DNA of 64,000 bases from the NCBI GenBank assembly GCA_030770535.1, contig JASVEC010000012.1, positions 248,001 to 312,000 on the forward strand, written 5' to 3'. The notes beneath the pieces are model-generated. The model did not search any database. It worked only from the letters and a program-made list of their open reading frames with translations, and was not told where the DNA came from. The translations under genes and the position numbers were made by a program. The stretch is from Batkoa obscura (lineage: Eukaryota). Below, in pieces: positions 24,293 through 38,200 of the stretch (position 1 is the stretch's first letter; every line of letters begins with the position of its first letter).

Positions 24293-25436
24293 CTACATTG
24301 TATTTTTTATGGTTAGAAATGTTATAAATTATAAAACATGCATATATTGATCGAATAATATTGACTTTTGGGTTGTCTTTATTCAAAATCATCATATTTA
24401 ATTTCCATAGAAACTAACCTTATTTATTTATAATTAAATTTGAAGGAAAAGAAAGTTTCTAATTTTTTTACTACTACAAAACAAGCCTGCCAATTTTCGA
24501 TTTTTTCTCTGCAATACCCCTGCAATTTTTTATAGAAAAATCTTTTTTTTATCATTTCTTTTGCAAATCTCGATTCCCATAATTTTTTTTAGTAAATTGT
24601 TAAACAAAATTTTAAAAAAAATTAAACGAAAATAAATATTTTTTTCATGTTCAAATATTAGGTCTCTTATTATACAAATACACTGGTTTGTATTTTATAT
24701 TTTATATTTTATATCCTTCTATTGCTAAAGCAAATTACTTCAAAAACATATTTTGAAAATCTAAAACATTCAGCTTATTAAGAAACCCTCATTTTGAAAA
24801 AATAAGTGCAAAACTCTTTGATTTTTATAATGCATCACTCTTTACATGAGACATTGTCACTTTTTTTAAAATATTAATCCTTGCTCATAAATAAATTCAC
24901 TTTCATCAAAGAATTCTACTTTTTAATAGAACTAGCCACAGTTTCAAAAAATGAAAGACTTACAGACATTGAAAAAGAAATAAATAGCCTATAATGAAAT
25001 GTTTATATTGAAAAGGTTAAATTGTTCTAAGTAGATAATAAATTTTATGTTTATACGTATCCATTCCTCTGGCTAATAAAATAGTCTAATTTATAATACA
25101 ATCAATAAACCGAGTTACTTTACTATTACTGGTTTGGATGCAAGATTGCCATTTTTTAGTTGGATAGGGACCAATTTTGCGGACTATTTTATTTAATTGG
25201 GCAAAGAATATTGGCAGATCAAGATCAAGATAGACATTAAAATTAATAAATCTTTAATTGACAGGTACTTTTCCAGAAGATCAGCCAAATGGGTCAATAG
25301 TAAAAGTAAGAAGAGTACATATAATATTAGTTACATAAGGTTTTGTTGTAATTGAAAACTCAAATTTCATTATCAAAAGCTTGAATTTGTACAATTACTT
25401 CAAAATAAATATTTTATAATATTAAGCTACAAATAT

Positions 25437-25470
25437 AGGCGGTATATATTGGTCAAAAAAATACATCCAC
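25437..25470 (-). mobile_element. Possible internally deleted MITE family A copy (34 bp)
   Basis: ATAT-AGGCGGTATATATTGGTC-AAAAAAATACATCCAC-ATAT: decayed versions of both ends with ATAT on each side. Confidence 0.4.
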
Positions 25471-26847
25471 ATATATTTAAAGATTAAATATAAACCTTTA
25501 AAAATTGCTGTTTTTTAAAGAAAATAAAAATTTTGTTAGTAATTTATGTAAGTTTAAAAAAATGCCAACTAAAATTTGAAATTTTTAAAATTAGGTATAG
25601 AATGATTTGAACAGTTGACTGAAATTTAACTAAATTTTAAATTCAAGTTAAAAAATAGTTTTTAATAGTATTTAAGATAAATTTTATTTTATCATTACAA
25701 AATTTTTAATAACCACCCTAGAACAATATTTGAGGGTTACTCTGTTAGTATCTATCATTTGAAGTTATATGGTTCAGAACTGATAGAGTATCAGTTGAGA
25801 CAAGATCGACCCATTTAGGTCGGTTTGCAAAAGTACTTGTTAATATAAAATTGCCAATTAAAATAAAACTACATGTTTAGCTTTAATAAATATATTATAT
25901 GAGTTGTATTGTACAAAAACAGATGCAATGCCTTAATGATATCAAATTTTTAATTTTTATATTTAATATTTTATTCTATTTTTAACTATTTTTAACTATT
26001 TTTTAAAGCAAAAGTAACACATTTGAAACTAAAAATTCAAGCTTTAAATTAGAGCTTTTTGTTTACGAAACAAATTGTTTAGTTTAAAGCTACAAAATTT
26101 TAAATACATAAAAAGGTCATGATTAAAAGGAGTTACTTAACTCTGTTGTTTTATTTATAAAACTCCTTTAAATAAACTTTCATATTTCAAATAAACTTAG
26201 ATTTATCAAAGTTTCATAAACTGAGTAAGTAAAATTGATGAATCAAGTTATTGGAAAGATATAAATAACATGCTGATTTCATTGGACATGATAAATACAA
26301 GTTAACTTTATCAAGCAAAGTTGGATATTCTTTTTAGGGTGTTAAAATAGATGAATAATACACTAATTATTTGATACAGATACTTAATTTGAAGATCTTT
26401 CATAGGTTGCGGTGACTAATAAAGTAGGGGATTACATTATGGATAAAGCTAATTGATTAAATTATTAGCCTATTAATCGCATTTAAACTAAAAGAACAAA
26501 TCATTTATACATAATAATGTGACTTAATAAATTTCTATAGTGTATAATATTGAATAATCAGTTTATTGAATATGGAATGATAAAATAAAATCATTGCAAT
26601 AGATTCGTAATATATATATAAGATTAACGTTGAAAAGATAAGGAAAGCAAACATAAAAACCAAATGAATAAGATATAAGACTAAACAGGGCAATAAAATG
26701 TAGTTTAGATTGAATAAAGTAGATTAAAATGCAGAAATAAACTTCTTGCTTAAACAAATATGAGAAGGAAGGGGGGATATTGAAGAATTGAAAATAAAGA
26801 AAAATATAATATTAATTGTTGCTAACAATAGTGAAAAGAATAAAACA

Positions 26848-27426
26848 TTAAAGGAAAAATTGATTAATATCAATAGGAAAGTCATGAAAGTTGTAATGAT
26901 TTGAAAAATTTAACAAGCAAATTTCCCACTTCATGTAACAAGAGTGTAAAATAAATAGACGGTGATCCAGCTCCATCAAAATTAAGTTTTGCATTTTGGC
27001 TAAATCCTGTTTACTAACCAAAGTAATGCTTTGCCAGAGTTCCATGTTATATTTGGTATCTAACAACCATACATAGCTTAACTTCAAACATGCGATAAAA
27101 ATCAAGTTAACAGGATAATTATTTAATAAGAAAGATTTTTTATGTACCAAGCGAGTAAAATAGTTCAAACTTACCAATATAATACTTGGTGGTGCGCGTA
27201 AGCTACTAATTAACATTTGATAAAAATTCGGGTTGGGGATCAATCCTTTTTTGTTATCATAGTTAGCTTGAATGTAGATGATTCTTTGTATAAAATTAAT
27301 TATTGTTGAATCTGGTAGTTGGGTTATTTCATTATACTTTTTATTTATAATAGCAGGAAAAAGTCGCGAATCGAATCTGTTTATGCTTTGTATTTCACAA
27401 TCTATTTCTTGCTGATATAATGTCAT
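26848..27426 (-). CDS. Pho80/Pcl-type cyclin-box protein
   Basis: ILVSLNYFTRL...IFIACLKLSYVWLLD..Y....W..I.......LAKMQ..IL..LDHRL matches the Pho85-cyclin box; first ATG at 27426. Confidence 0.75.
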   Translation of the reverse strand: MTLYQQEIDCEIQSINRFDSRLFPAIINKKYNEITQLPDSTIINFIQRIIYIQANYDNKKGLIPNPNFYQMLISSLRAPPSIILVSLNYFTRLVHKKSFLLNNYPVNLIFIACLKLSYVWLLDTKYNMELWQSITLVSKQDLAKMQNLILMELDHRLFILHSCYMKWEICLLNFSNHYNFHDFPIDINQFFL

Positions 27427-28839
27427 TTTTTTCAAAAAGTAAAAAAAATAAAGTCAAATCTCTTTGGTTCTGTTTTTATACCAAAAATAAAATCATTTTA
27501 GTTGCAGCATTTGTCATCTTATCCGTAATTTCATCCAATTGATTTGACAGCTAAATTCATTCGTGTCCAATCATTACAATGTATTTGCTATATTTAGCTG
27601 TAAACTATTATTTTATTTGTTAATTAGATTTTGATTCGAATTTTCGGATTAACTTTGCAAATCACTCATTTTTTCATTTGGCTGAGAGGTAATCTTATTT
27701 GTTGGTTATTTGAGTTTGGTAAAAATAATTTGCTACTTTTACTCTAGTTTTCACTTCGATGTATTGTAATAGCTATGTTATTGACTCTATCAAGCTGTTT
27801 GAAACTAAAAATTCATATAAAAATTGATATTTAATAAACAGCAATTAAACACCTAGAGCACAAAAACGTGCAGATAGCGAAAAATATTAAATACATAAAA
27901 AATAGCAAACTCATATCTATAACACATCAAAGTTCTACGATTATCACTGTATTTAAAACTTGCTGTAATTTCAACTTATTTATTTTGCTTTAAGGCTTAA
28001 ATTTGAAACTGTGCTAATAATATTATTAAAAGTGGGGATATTATTTAAAAATAAACTATTAAATCTTATAAACAAGCCACTTTAAATAATATCCTCGTTT
28101 TGTAATATATGTATATAATACCATTCAACCATTTTAAAACAAAAGGTACTATATTATTGACAAGAGTTTTTCGATAACAATTAGAACCAAAAGTAAAAGA
28201 AAGTTATAATTTCCAATATAGACCATCAACGCTTTTGAGCAAAATGAGCAGAATATTTATGATATAATGTTTTAAACCCCTCTTTTTTTTCGCTTAATAG
28301 TAAAACATACTGGTAATAGGATTTTTGTTCAGTTTTGTTTCTTTTTCTGATTCAAGTTATTATAAATTTTGTAGAGATTTAGTGCACGTTCATTTTTGGC
28401 GATACTACTATCACAAAACTATCTCTCAATTTGCTCGAACTGTTTTGTTCAAATAGCCATGGTGAGTTATAAATGCTGTACGTTTAAATTGAAAAATTTA
28501 ATTATTATGTTGATTTATAAAAGTAAATCAACTGGAAAAAAACACAAGGTTAAATATTATAAAACTATAATTATTCTAAAGTTACTTTGTTTATTATAGC
28601 TGTAATACAACAATAGTAAATACTGCATTATAAAATATTTGTTACAAATATTTCATATTTATTATTAAAAAGGGTATTTCAAATTCCAGATTAAATACGA
28701 AGTAGATTATCAAATCTATAATATATATAAATGCTACAAGACTTTATTTTATTAAAAACATAAATAATATTGTGTAAAAAAATACGTTTTTGCAGCAATA
28801 CTTAAACTTTTTATAATTTACATAGAAAATAGATTATTT

Positions 28840-28938
28840 GGGGATGTATTTTTTTGTTTAAGAATTTTACTAACAATTTTTCCGCTCAAATAACGCTCAA
28901 AAAATGGAAAAAGTAATGAAACCAAAAAAAACACCCCC
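28840..28938 (+). mobile_element. MITE family A copy 3 (99 bp)
   Basis: GGGGATGTATTTTT...AAAAACACCCCC flanked by ATTT on both sides. Confidence 0.88.
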
Positions 28939-31792
28939 ATTTAGTATATAGTTTAAGCAGTGGAGATTTCACAAAGGATATTAAGGGTAAAGGAATACTA
29001 AAAATAACTTTTTGTATACATATAATAAACTATATTAAGTAAAATTCTATAACATGATAAGTTTTGTATTACCGCTTTTATATTTATAATAGCTATAAAA
29101 ATCGGATTATAAACAGCAGCTATTTCTAGTTATACATAAATGTCAAAAGTTAGAAAACAAACATAATTTTTAACCATGCTGTAAATTGCGGTTATTGTAA
29201 TATAAAGCTTTGATCTCTACTCGTTTTCAATTAGCATAAATTTGAGGTTGTAAAATTAAGCTTAAACTTCTTTTGATCTTAATTAGGTATCTTTTAGGAG
29301 TTAGGTTCCTGTGTCGTTTAGTCATGTTATTTGTATAATAAACCCTCCATAAATCTAGAATCGTATACTTTTGATACTATCATGAACTATAGACTATACG
29401 CATAAATTTCTGATATAATTTTTCGAAATAAAAACCTTTAATAAAATTTTTTAATTAATTATGACCTGGACTTTAAAGACTAAAAAAAGTAAAAACGTAA
29501 GTTTGTAAATAAGCTTGTAATGAATATAAAAAAAGGGTGTTTTATATAATAATAACATTATTGTTATCATTTAACTTTTTTTAAAAACACCGAGTAATAA
29601 AGGGGGAAAATAAAATAATTGAAGGATGAAGAATCGGTAATTTAATGAATAAAATAATCATGCCTATTAAAAATGATCTTAACTTTCTTGGCTTTGGTAA
29701 CAAAATATTCATTTCAAAAAAACATTAAATAAACTTTCGAAAAGATGTCAAAAATATAGTTGATAATATGCGTGGGATTAAAATTAGGGATGCGCTCATG
29801 ATAAAAAATTTCATCTTACTTAACCAATATAAAAGAAAATTCAACGATAAAGGATAGCTTAGAGATAAACGGTAGCTTAAAGTACTAGTCTCTGGGAATC
29901 AAATTTAACTTTAGAAATGTAAACTGTATAAAGAAATGTTATTAAAACTTTTATAGTAGTTATTCTATTAAGTTTAAGCTACAATCCTAATTTAGATTCT
30001 AATTTGCTTGACAACTGGTATCGTAGTTTATACTACGTAATTAAGCTTTATTTCCTGTTTGTAGACATGCTTCTATTCCTCGATTTAATTCCCGCTATTT
30101 TCTTTTAGCTATGTCCCAAGTCGAGAAATTAATGTTTATACATATAAAGTCGATTGCTTTAATCATCTCTTCTTTAATAAAAATCCAGCTATCATGATGT
30201 CTGTATATTCTTATGTTATCAAATTAATAAAATTTCAAGTTTTAAACAACAAATAAAAAAGTTAGTCATTTAAACAATAGATAGCAATGTTGAATACCAT
30301 GTCATCTGAAAAACTGAAAGTTAAATTCTAATGGCATGGTAAATACAAATTAGGTCTAATTTCGCATAATTCTAAAGAATTTAAAGTATGATAAGCTACC
30401 ATTACATTTCTTCAGTTCCGTATTATAAAATAAATCTTTGATGCAATTGATTCTATATATGTAGACATTAATGCAATTTACGGAATAGCCTCTTTTGTTG
30501 GTATATTGTAATAGTTTGGATTTCCAAATAACCTTTTTAATTTTTATAGTTCATTTAAAAGTAAAGCCGAGGGATATTCTAATACATTAATTTGTAAATA
30601 GCGCTTTAAACCATACATGAAATTTTATTTCCACTAAAATGATATAACTTATTATTTTAAAAACAGATTAAGGCACTTAAAGTGCTATGCTTTCGTAAGT
30701 TTTTATTATTGAGTGTTCTTAATCTTCAGAGGATGGAGTCGAAAAGCGTGTAATGAAATATATTACATTATATCAAATGATTATGTGCTGGAAGTTTCTT
30801 TATGATTGAGAGTTGCCCTATACCACTTGTTTCGCTTATTTGAGTTTAAAATAGATTTTAATTAAAGTACTAAAATCGTGTTAATATAGTATTTCATTAT
30901 TATACATAACGTCAATTGCTAGAAATAGCTAATGTTAAGGTAAGTAAAAACCAAACGTATGTGAACAAAAAATAGAATTATATCTTAAGTGCTCCTAAAC
31001 CTCAATTCTAATAATAATGAATGGTTTATAAATAAAATATATTGAATGATGTTTTATTTTGTTAGTTTTTTATGTTATCTCTAAAATTATTTAATTTTCA
31101 TTTAAATCTTACGAAAAAATAATATTGAAATAAATAATTAGTTTAATGCATCACTTAGACTCATAATTAGCGAATATACGGAAAAAGTATAGTCTATCTT
31201 GAATAACAGTGGGTTTGGGTAAGTAATAGTAACTTGTTTTTATTATATTTTTGTACAAATGATAATTTCCAAATACAGCATACTCGAACTTTTATAGTAC
31301 TATTGGGGATCTCGGATTGAATTATATAAATTAAACAAGGTTCATTTCAAATAAATCGAAGTTTTGAGAATTAATTTTAAAGTAAAATTCAATAGATTTC
31401 TAGTGGTAATATAATATAGCATGTATATATATAATATAATATGTTTAAATAGTGTATGATTTAATTATTTATATATTACTATTGAAGTTTTTCTAATATG
31501 GGGCTGAAGGGCCAAGTAATAATAAATTAATGTTTTGTTTATGAATAGATTATCAAAATAAATTTTGAAAAAAGAAACAGGAAACCTATTCTTGAGAAAA
31601 TAATAACTCTAGAATGTATAAAGAATATAAAAACAATCAGAGACTATTAAGAACCAAATTTACATAAATATAGTTAGTTACTTAACTATGATTTTGAAAT
31701 CAATCAAAATATCAATTGACAAATCCATATCAAAAAAGTATATAAACTAATTAAATTGATTTCACTGTTTAAAGCTACCATGAAAACAATAA

Positions 31793-32593
31793 ATGGGTAA
31801 AAAAAACTGTATTCAAGCTTGTGACCAATGTAAAAAAAAACATCGCAAATGTATCTTTGAAGAGAACTCTTGTTATTATTGTCGAAAAGAAGGGAATCAA
31901 TGTACTTATGCTATGGAAAATAACAAACGTGGGAAGATGAGAGAAAGAGAAATAGCAATGATGAATCAAATGGAGAATAGAATTCAATCTATTAAAGTGG
32001 ATAATACTTTCGTTAACTTTGATCCAAGTAATATTCATTTGCTTTATAATGATTTGATTCAAGACAATGGGGAAGATAGTAATGAGGAAATTAATGACAT
32101 TAGTGTGGCTAATGATAGCTTACCAAGAAGCAGTGGTAATATTGTATATGATCAAGTTATTTCACTCAGTACATCAATGGAGTATCCTCATCAAGTTAAA
32201 TCGAATGTTCATATATTACCAGAAAATTGTTCTTTAGGCCCACTTTATATTAATCCTCAATTAATGGATAGTAGTTTTAATCAAGAGCTTTGGAGGTCGC
32301 CGCCTATTACTACTTCTCCTTTTGATAGTATGAATTATGGTTTAAATATGTATCCAAACATAGACCAAGAGGGTGATTATGACTTAAATATGTATTCAAG
32401 AATGAGAGAAGGGAGTGATCAAGAATTAAATATGTATCCAAACATTGAGTTAAGGACTGGTTATAGTTTAAATATATGTTCCAATCCAAATCAAAGTATG
32501 AGTAGTTATATGCCAAACAGTGGAATTATAAGCAACGTAAATTTCTATTTTGATCCCTATTTTCAATCATCTTATTCAAAATCTGAATATTAA
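31793..32593 (+). CDS. Intronless Zn(II)2Cys6 protein (266 aa), paralogue of 13864-14361
   Basis: ACDQCKKKHRKC-X6-CYYC-X6-CTY, NNKRG, FVNFDPSNIHLLY; C-terminal 14-aa repeats starting LNMY. Confidence 0.82.
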   Translation: MGKKNCIQACDQCKKKHRKCIFEENSCYYCRKEGNQCTYAMENNKRGKMREREIAMMNQMENRIQSIKVDNTFVNFDPSNIHLLYNDLIQDNGEDSNEEINDISVANDSLPRSSGNIVYDQVISLSTSMEYPHQVKSNVHILPENCSLGPLYINPQLMDSSFNQELWRSPPITTSPFDSMNYGLNMYPNIDQEGDYDLNMYSRMREGSDQELNMYPNIELRTGYSLNICSNPNQSMSSYMPNSGIISNVNFYFDPYFQSSYSKSEY

Positions 32594-33847
32594 TCCTCTT
32601 GTGAACTAAATGTTTAATCTTAGCCTCTTTTTAATCCTGATATTCTATTCAATATCAAAATGGCGTAATAGTATACAAGTTTGGTAAAGAATTCTATACC
32701 ATTCCCGAAAGACATTGATTATCAATTTTAAAAACCAACACCTTAAAGAATTTTATAATCTGACTCATTATTTTTAAATACAGCTTTTTCACTTCAACAC
32801 ATTTTTATATAAATCATTATAGAACACAACCAATGCACTGAAATTTCCACCAACTTAATGTTATATCTTTTCAGCTTTACAAGTAAACATTCCAATTTGA
32901 ACTATGTTTCTAAACCAGTAATTTAGATCCTTCTAATCACCTTTTAATTAATTATATTATTATTATTATTATTATATTAATAATTTTATTGATATGATTT
33001 AAACTAATATTATTAATTAAATTTTCGTTTTTGGCACCGGGTGCTAACTATATCATTTCATTTTATCTAATAAATCCACTTTTTTCTTAATATTCCTATA
33101 ATTTAAAAAATAACAAATTTTAATTAATATTAATATTAATATTAATAAAAAACATTAATTTAAATTTAAACTAGAATAAACATTAAAATTTTGAATCTCC
33201 TTAAATATTAAGTTAATAAGCAAACCATAGTTATTGACTCAACAACATACACAAATATTACAAATAATACATAATGTGTAAGATGCTTATAAAATTTAAT
33301 ATTTATATTCTTTTTTCCACTTTTATTATTACTTTCAAAGAAGCGTTATTTTCCTTTTAAAGTAATTGCGACGACTTCCTTTTTTATTGGTCATTTTGAA
33401 TGTTAAGGCTAGTGTATACTGGTTTTTTTATTGAATTTTATTTTAATGAATATATTGAATTTTTTGATTGTTTTGTATTTTGTTAAGTTTTCATTATTGA
33501 ATTAACAAAAATCAATTTTAATATTATAAAATAAGATTAATTTCAATAGAAAAATTGTTATTTTACTTTTTTTCAAGCTTTAAACTTAAACGCAAATAAT
33601 TTTTTTAAATTTAAAATCTTAATCAAATTAGAAACTGTCAAGTACTTTATTAGTGTATCTAAAAATATGTTTTATTAATTCAAATTAATTTAAGAGATCA
33701 CTCAAAGCGGATAGTTTGGTTACAAGCATTATTGCCAAGGCATTTAGCTACTCAGTAACTATCTTCTTACTAAGCAATTCATCATTCAATGGAAAAGTAA
33801 GTGGCTGAAAAATCAGAACCCAGATTCTTTATGAATCAACAACATAT

Positions 33848-33943
33848 GAGGTAGTTTTTTTTGACTTCACTTTTTCCATCTTTTAAGTGTTATTTGAGTG
33901 GAAAAATTGTTAGTAAAATTCCTGAACACAAAAATACATCCCC
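33848..33943 (-). mobile_element. MITE family A copy 4 (96 bp, reverse orientation)
   Basis: Reverse complement of the family consensus; TSD imperfect (ATAT / TAAT). Confidence 0.8.
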
Positions 33944-35271
33944 TAATATTGATCTTTTTAAAAATTCAAGTCACATCTTGTGGGTTTTATTAAAATTGAA
34001 TATTAATCAATACAATTATCAATGTGATATATAGATAGATAATAGAGAGTCTTTAAATAAAGATAGAATCTATAACGTTATAAGTTTGGGGAAGTGGTCA
34101 ATAAGGAACAAGAAGGAAGAGAGATGTTTAAATGTAGATCTAGCTCTTTGCTATTAATATTTTATTTTATAAAATATAAAAAAGAACAAAAAAATTATTA
34201 TAACTAGTTACTCTTTTACTTTTATTATAATTTATTTTATAAATAATCAATTTATTAAGTATAACTTTGTATCGATTTTAAATATTAAATACAAATTAAT
34301 TAATATTAGATAATTAATATAAGTTAACCAATATTATACTATATTATACTATACTATATTAAAATAATTTCAACTACCCATATTAAATAATTCCATATTA
34401 AAATTTTAAAAAATAGAAATAAACCCTTTATGTTTAGTAATTAATAAAAAAAATAATGAGTTATAATCTCAGATAAATAACGCCTTTCTTTGCTATCAAC
34501 ATATGTTACAAGCTTATAATTTCAATTGAAATATACATGGTTAATGTTTCAATATTTATCGGTAGTTTTGGATAAATGGTACTTTCCCAATACCTTTCCT
34601 TATAATAAACGAATGGTCTGCGCTTTAAGAGCTTCCTTCATTACTTCAATCTTTTCGTTTCAATCAAATCTCTCATTTTCTTTTCTTTTTTTCTTCAATT
34701 CAATTGAATTTACTCCCTCTCTCTCCCTACATGTTAATTATTATCCAACCAATATTAAGTAAATTTTTAATTTTTTTTATAACAATTGAGTCTAAATAAA
34801 TAAATCCAAAAAATAGAATTCTTATTTTTTATTCAATCGTTAGCTTTATCTTATTATTCTTATTTATTTATTTAAATTTATGAAAAACTTTCATAATATT
34901 TATTTTAAACCAGCTTAAATATCTTCAGTTTTCTTTTTATTATCAGCTTTACTTAATTCTCTCTAATGATTTATGTATTTTAAATCTGCTATTAATAACT
35001 TACCTTGAAGTCTTACTAATTAATAAAATAAACCATCTTATCTCTCCTTGAACTTTAAAATCTGATAAGCCACTTTTACTTCCATTGTTTACATTGTACC
35101 ACTCACCAATATTGAATTTTTTACAAATCAAAATTATTATTATTATTATTTATTATTATTTATTATTATAATAAACAATAAATAAAATTATCAGAAACTC
35201 TTCTTTAATATACTATAACGTGAACTTTATTCTATAAAAAATAACTCAATTCTTCATCTCCTCACCCCTCT

Positions 35272-38200
35272 TTAAAACAATAAATTTCTAATAAATTCCA
35301 ATTTCAATTGGAATCCCCACATCATCAAATTAGGCTCCATTTTCCCCATATAACTAGTTATTAATAGTCCGTTTTTAATTACTTCAATTAAACAAGTATC
35401 TAATTGTTTTATTTGTTTAATTGATTCAAAATTTAAGCTATCACAATTCTGTTCTTCATTTTCATTATTGATAATAATTTTGAAGTTGTTCTTGTCATTA
35501 TCCGAATTATTATTGATTAACCTAATGTTCCCTTCTTTGATACTTTGTTTAACGATAAATACATTATTTTCAATCATTTTTTCTACTATTGAGTGATTCC
35601 ATTCAATATTAAATTGTTGGTTAAATCTTAATACATTCAATACACCTTCCATGACTTCATTCAAACAATTCAATACAATTGCATAATCCTCTAAATTATT
35701 TAAATTCTCTTTTAATATTTGAATAATTTTAAAATAAAACATCATTATTTTATTATTCCATAATGGCCAACCAATCAATAATTTATTCATTTTATTGTTT
35801 AATATGAACATATTACTAATTCGAATAGTAATTAATAATATTATTTTATTTTTTAGTTTATTATTTTGAATTTCATATTCTATAATTCTCAATAAAAATT
35901 CGAATAAATGAACTTTAGTACAATAAAATTGATGATTTGGATTAAATTTAGCTACATTAAATAAATATTCAAGTATCGGTAATTGATGTAATTCCATTAA
36001 TGTACTTCCATTAATTGGTGAAAAATAATAAGTTTGTAATAATAATTGATTTTTTACTTTAATTAATTTTAAATCTAATTCATTTTTAATACTATTCTTG
36101 ATTAATTTTAATACCCATTTTCTTTCTGCATTTGAATTTTTATGAAATCCTTCCATCATCTTACTAAAGAATGGTAATTCTTTGAAATTCAAATTAGGTT
36201 TAGCTAAGAGATATCGATTAATTAAAAGATACATTGAATGTTTTGGATTCATCACTGTTTGTAAACATAAACTAATAAAATTTGTAATACCCGATGGAAT
36301 TCTTGAATTAGATTCTCTATCTTCTATTGAATTTTTTAATAAATCTAAAACTGTTAATACTTGTATTCTTTCGATAAATTTACTAGTCATAATTAAATTA
36401 TAAATTTCATCTAATAATCTATAAGTTATATAGCGAGTACTTGATTCATTGGAGGATAAAGATATTATCAAATAATTTAATAAATTCTTTTTAATAAATG
36501 TTTCTACATTTAAATTATTACCAAATGTAAAATAATTAGCAATTAAATTTAACAAAAAATAAGGATCATAAATTTTGATTGAATTTTCCTTATTATTTTC
36601 ATTAACAAATTGAACTTCCTTTTCTTCTTTCTCAGTTAATAATTCTAATTGATTTAAACTTACATTTACTGGAAAATGATTACACGAAAAGAGTACATTA
36701 CTAGCTTCTAATTTGTCCATCGAATGAGTAACAATATCTCCATTCATTATCAATTTTTTAATTTCCCATTCATTGAATTTAAAGATTAATTTATCAAATA
36801 ATAATAAATAACTTCTTGTGGACATCAACTCTTTAATTTCAAAATTACAAATTAATTTTAATAATTGGCGTTGATCTTTTGTATAATATCCTTGATAAAT
36901 ACTTATCAATTTAATTAATATTTCTTTTTTTAATATAAAATTTGGGTTGATATTATAAAATTGAACTACTAATTGAATTAATTGATGTTGCAATTCCAAA
37001 TTCTCTATTTTATCCATAATTTCAATAATTATTAATTCAATTTCATTCTTCTAAAAATAAAAATAAATAAATAAAAATAAAAATAAAAATAAAAATAAAA
37101 ATAAAAATAAAAATAAAAATAAACTTTACCATTTCATTCATTACATTTAAATCAAAATATTCAAAACATTTAAAAATATTAATATTAAATTCCATTTTTA
37201 AACAAATTGAAATTAATTTGAATAAAAATAAAACTATCTTTTTATCCTTCAGTTTTTCCTTTTCATTTTGATTAAAATAACATTTCATCAATTCAATTAT
37301 TTTATTACAATATTGAATTAATTGTTCCTTTGAAATCTCCTCAAATCTATTTTGATTAAAAATAGTATCAATATCTTCACTCTTCCATAATTGAAATTTC
37401 CAAAATAATAACACTAATTCTTCTCTATTAATATCTAAAATTTGATTCCATTGTTTCAATTTCCACTGTTTTAATATGTCAACTATATTTTTCTCATCTT
37501 CTTTTATATAAGGCAAAAATAAATTTAACATCTCCATTTCATACCTTTTCTTTTCTATCAAAAATTGGACATAAATCTGACTAATTTTTTTCATTACTTT
37601 TTTATCTGTAACGTCAGTTGAATCAAAATAAATCAAATCCCCACTCTTCTCCTTATATCTTAACATATTAAAATAATTTTTAAATAATTCAAAATATTGT
37701 TGAAAATTCAATTCATTAATAAGAATCTTTTGATTTAATAAAAATTGCGTAAAGATAGATTTATATTTTCGATTTAATATTAGTATACTTAACAAGACTT
37801 TAATCTCATCTCTATTCAAATTAAATCGCATTAATTTAATTAATATTTTTTCTATCGTTGGATTATTATTAATTAATTTCCAATTTTGTTGAATTGAATT
37901 ATTATTATTATTATTGTCTTCTTCTTCTTCTTCTTCTTCTAAACTAATTGATTTTTCTTTATTTAATTCCACTTTAATAAATGGAACTAAAGTATGTAAT
38001 AAATCTAATAAAATTAAATCCCAATTTTTATTATTACTTTTATTATTTAAATAAGTTTCTAATATTAAATTCAAATGTTGATTAAATAACCATTGTTTAA
38101 TATTGAAATTTTTGATTTTTAATATTAATTTAATACATAATAGATTAATTTGATTGTTTTCTAAAATTAATTGATTAATAATTAATCCCATTCTTTCTTC

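Noticed and set aside
24650..25400. Coding-like decayed stretch (similar ones near 9050-9200, 12340-12690, 29600-29880, 33700-33845)
   Set aside because: Many stops and no motif I could assign to a family; would need a translated search.
33032..33046. GC-rich mini-palindrome GGCACCGGGTGC as a Helitron end or RNA element
   Set aside because: Single short hairpin with no CTRR terminus or second copy.
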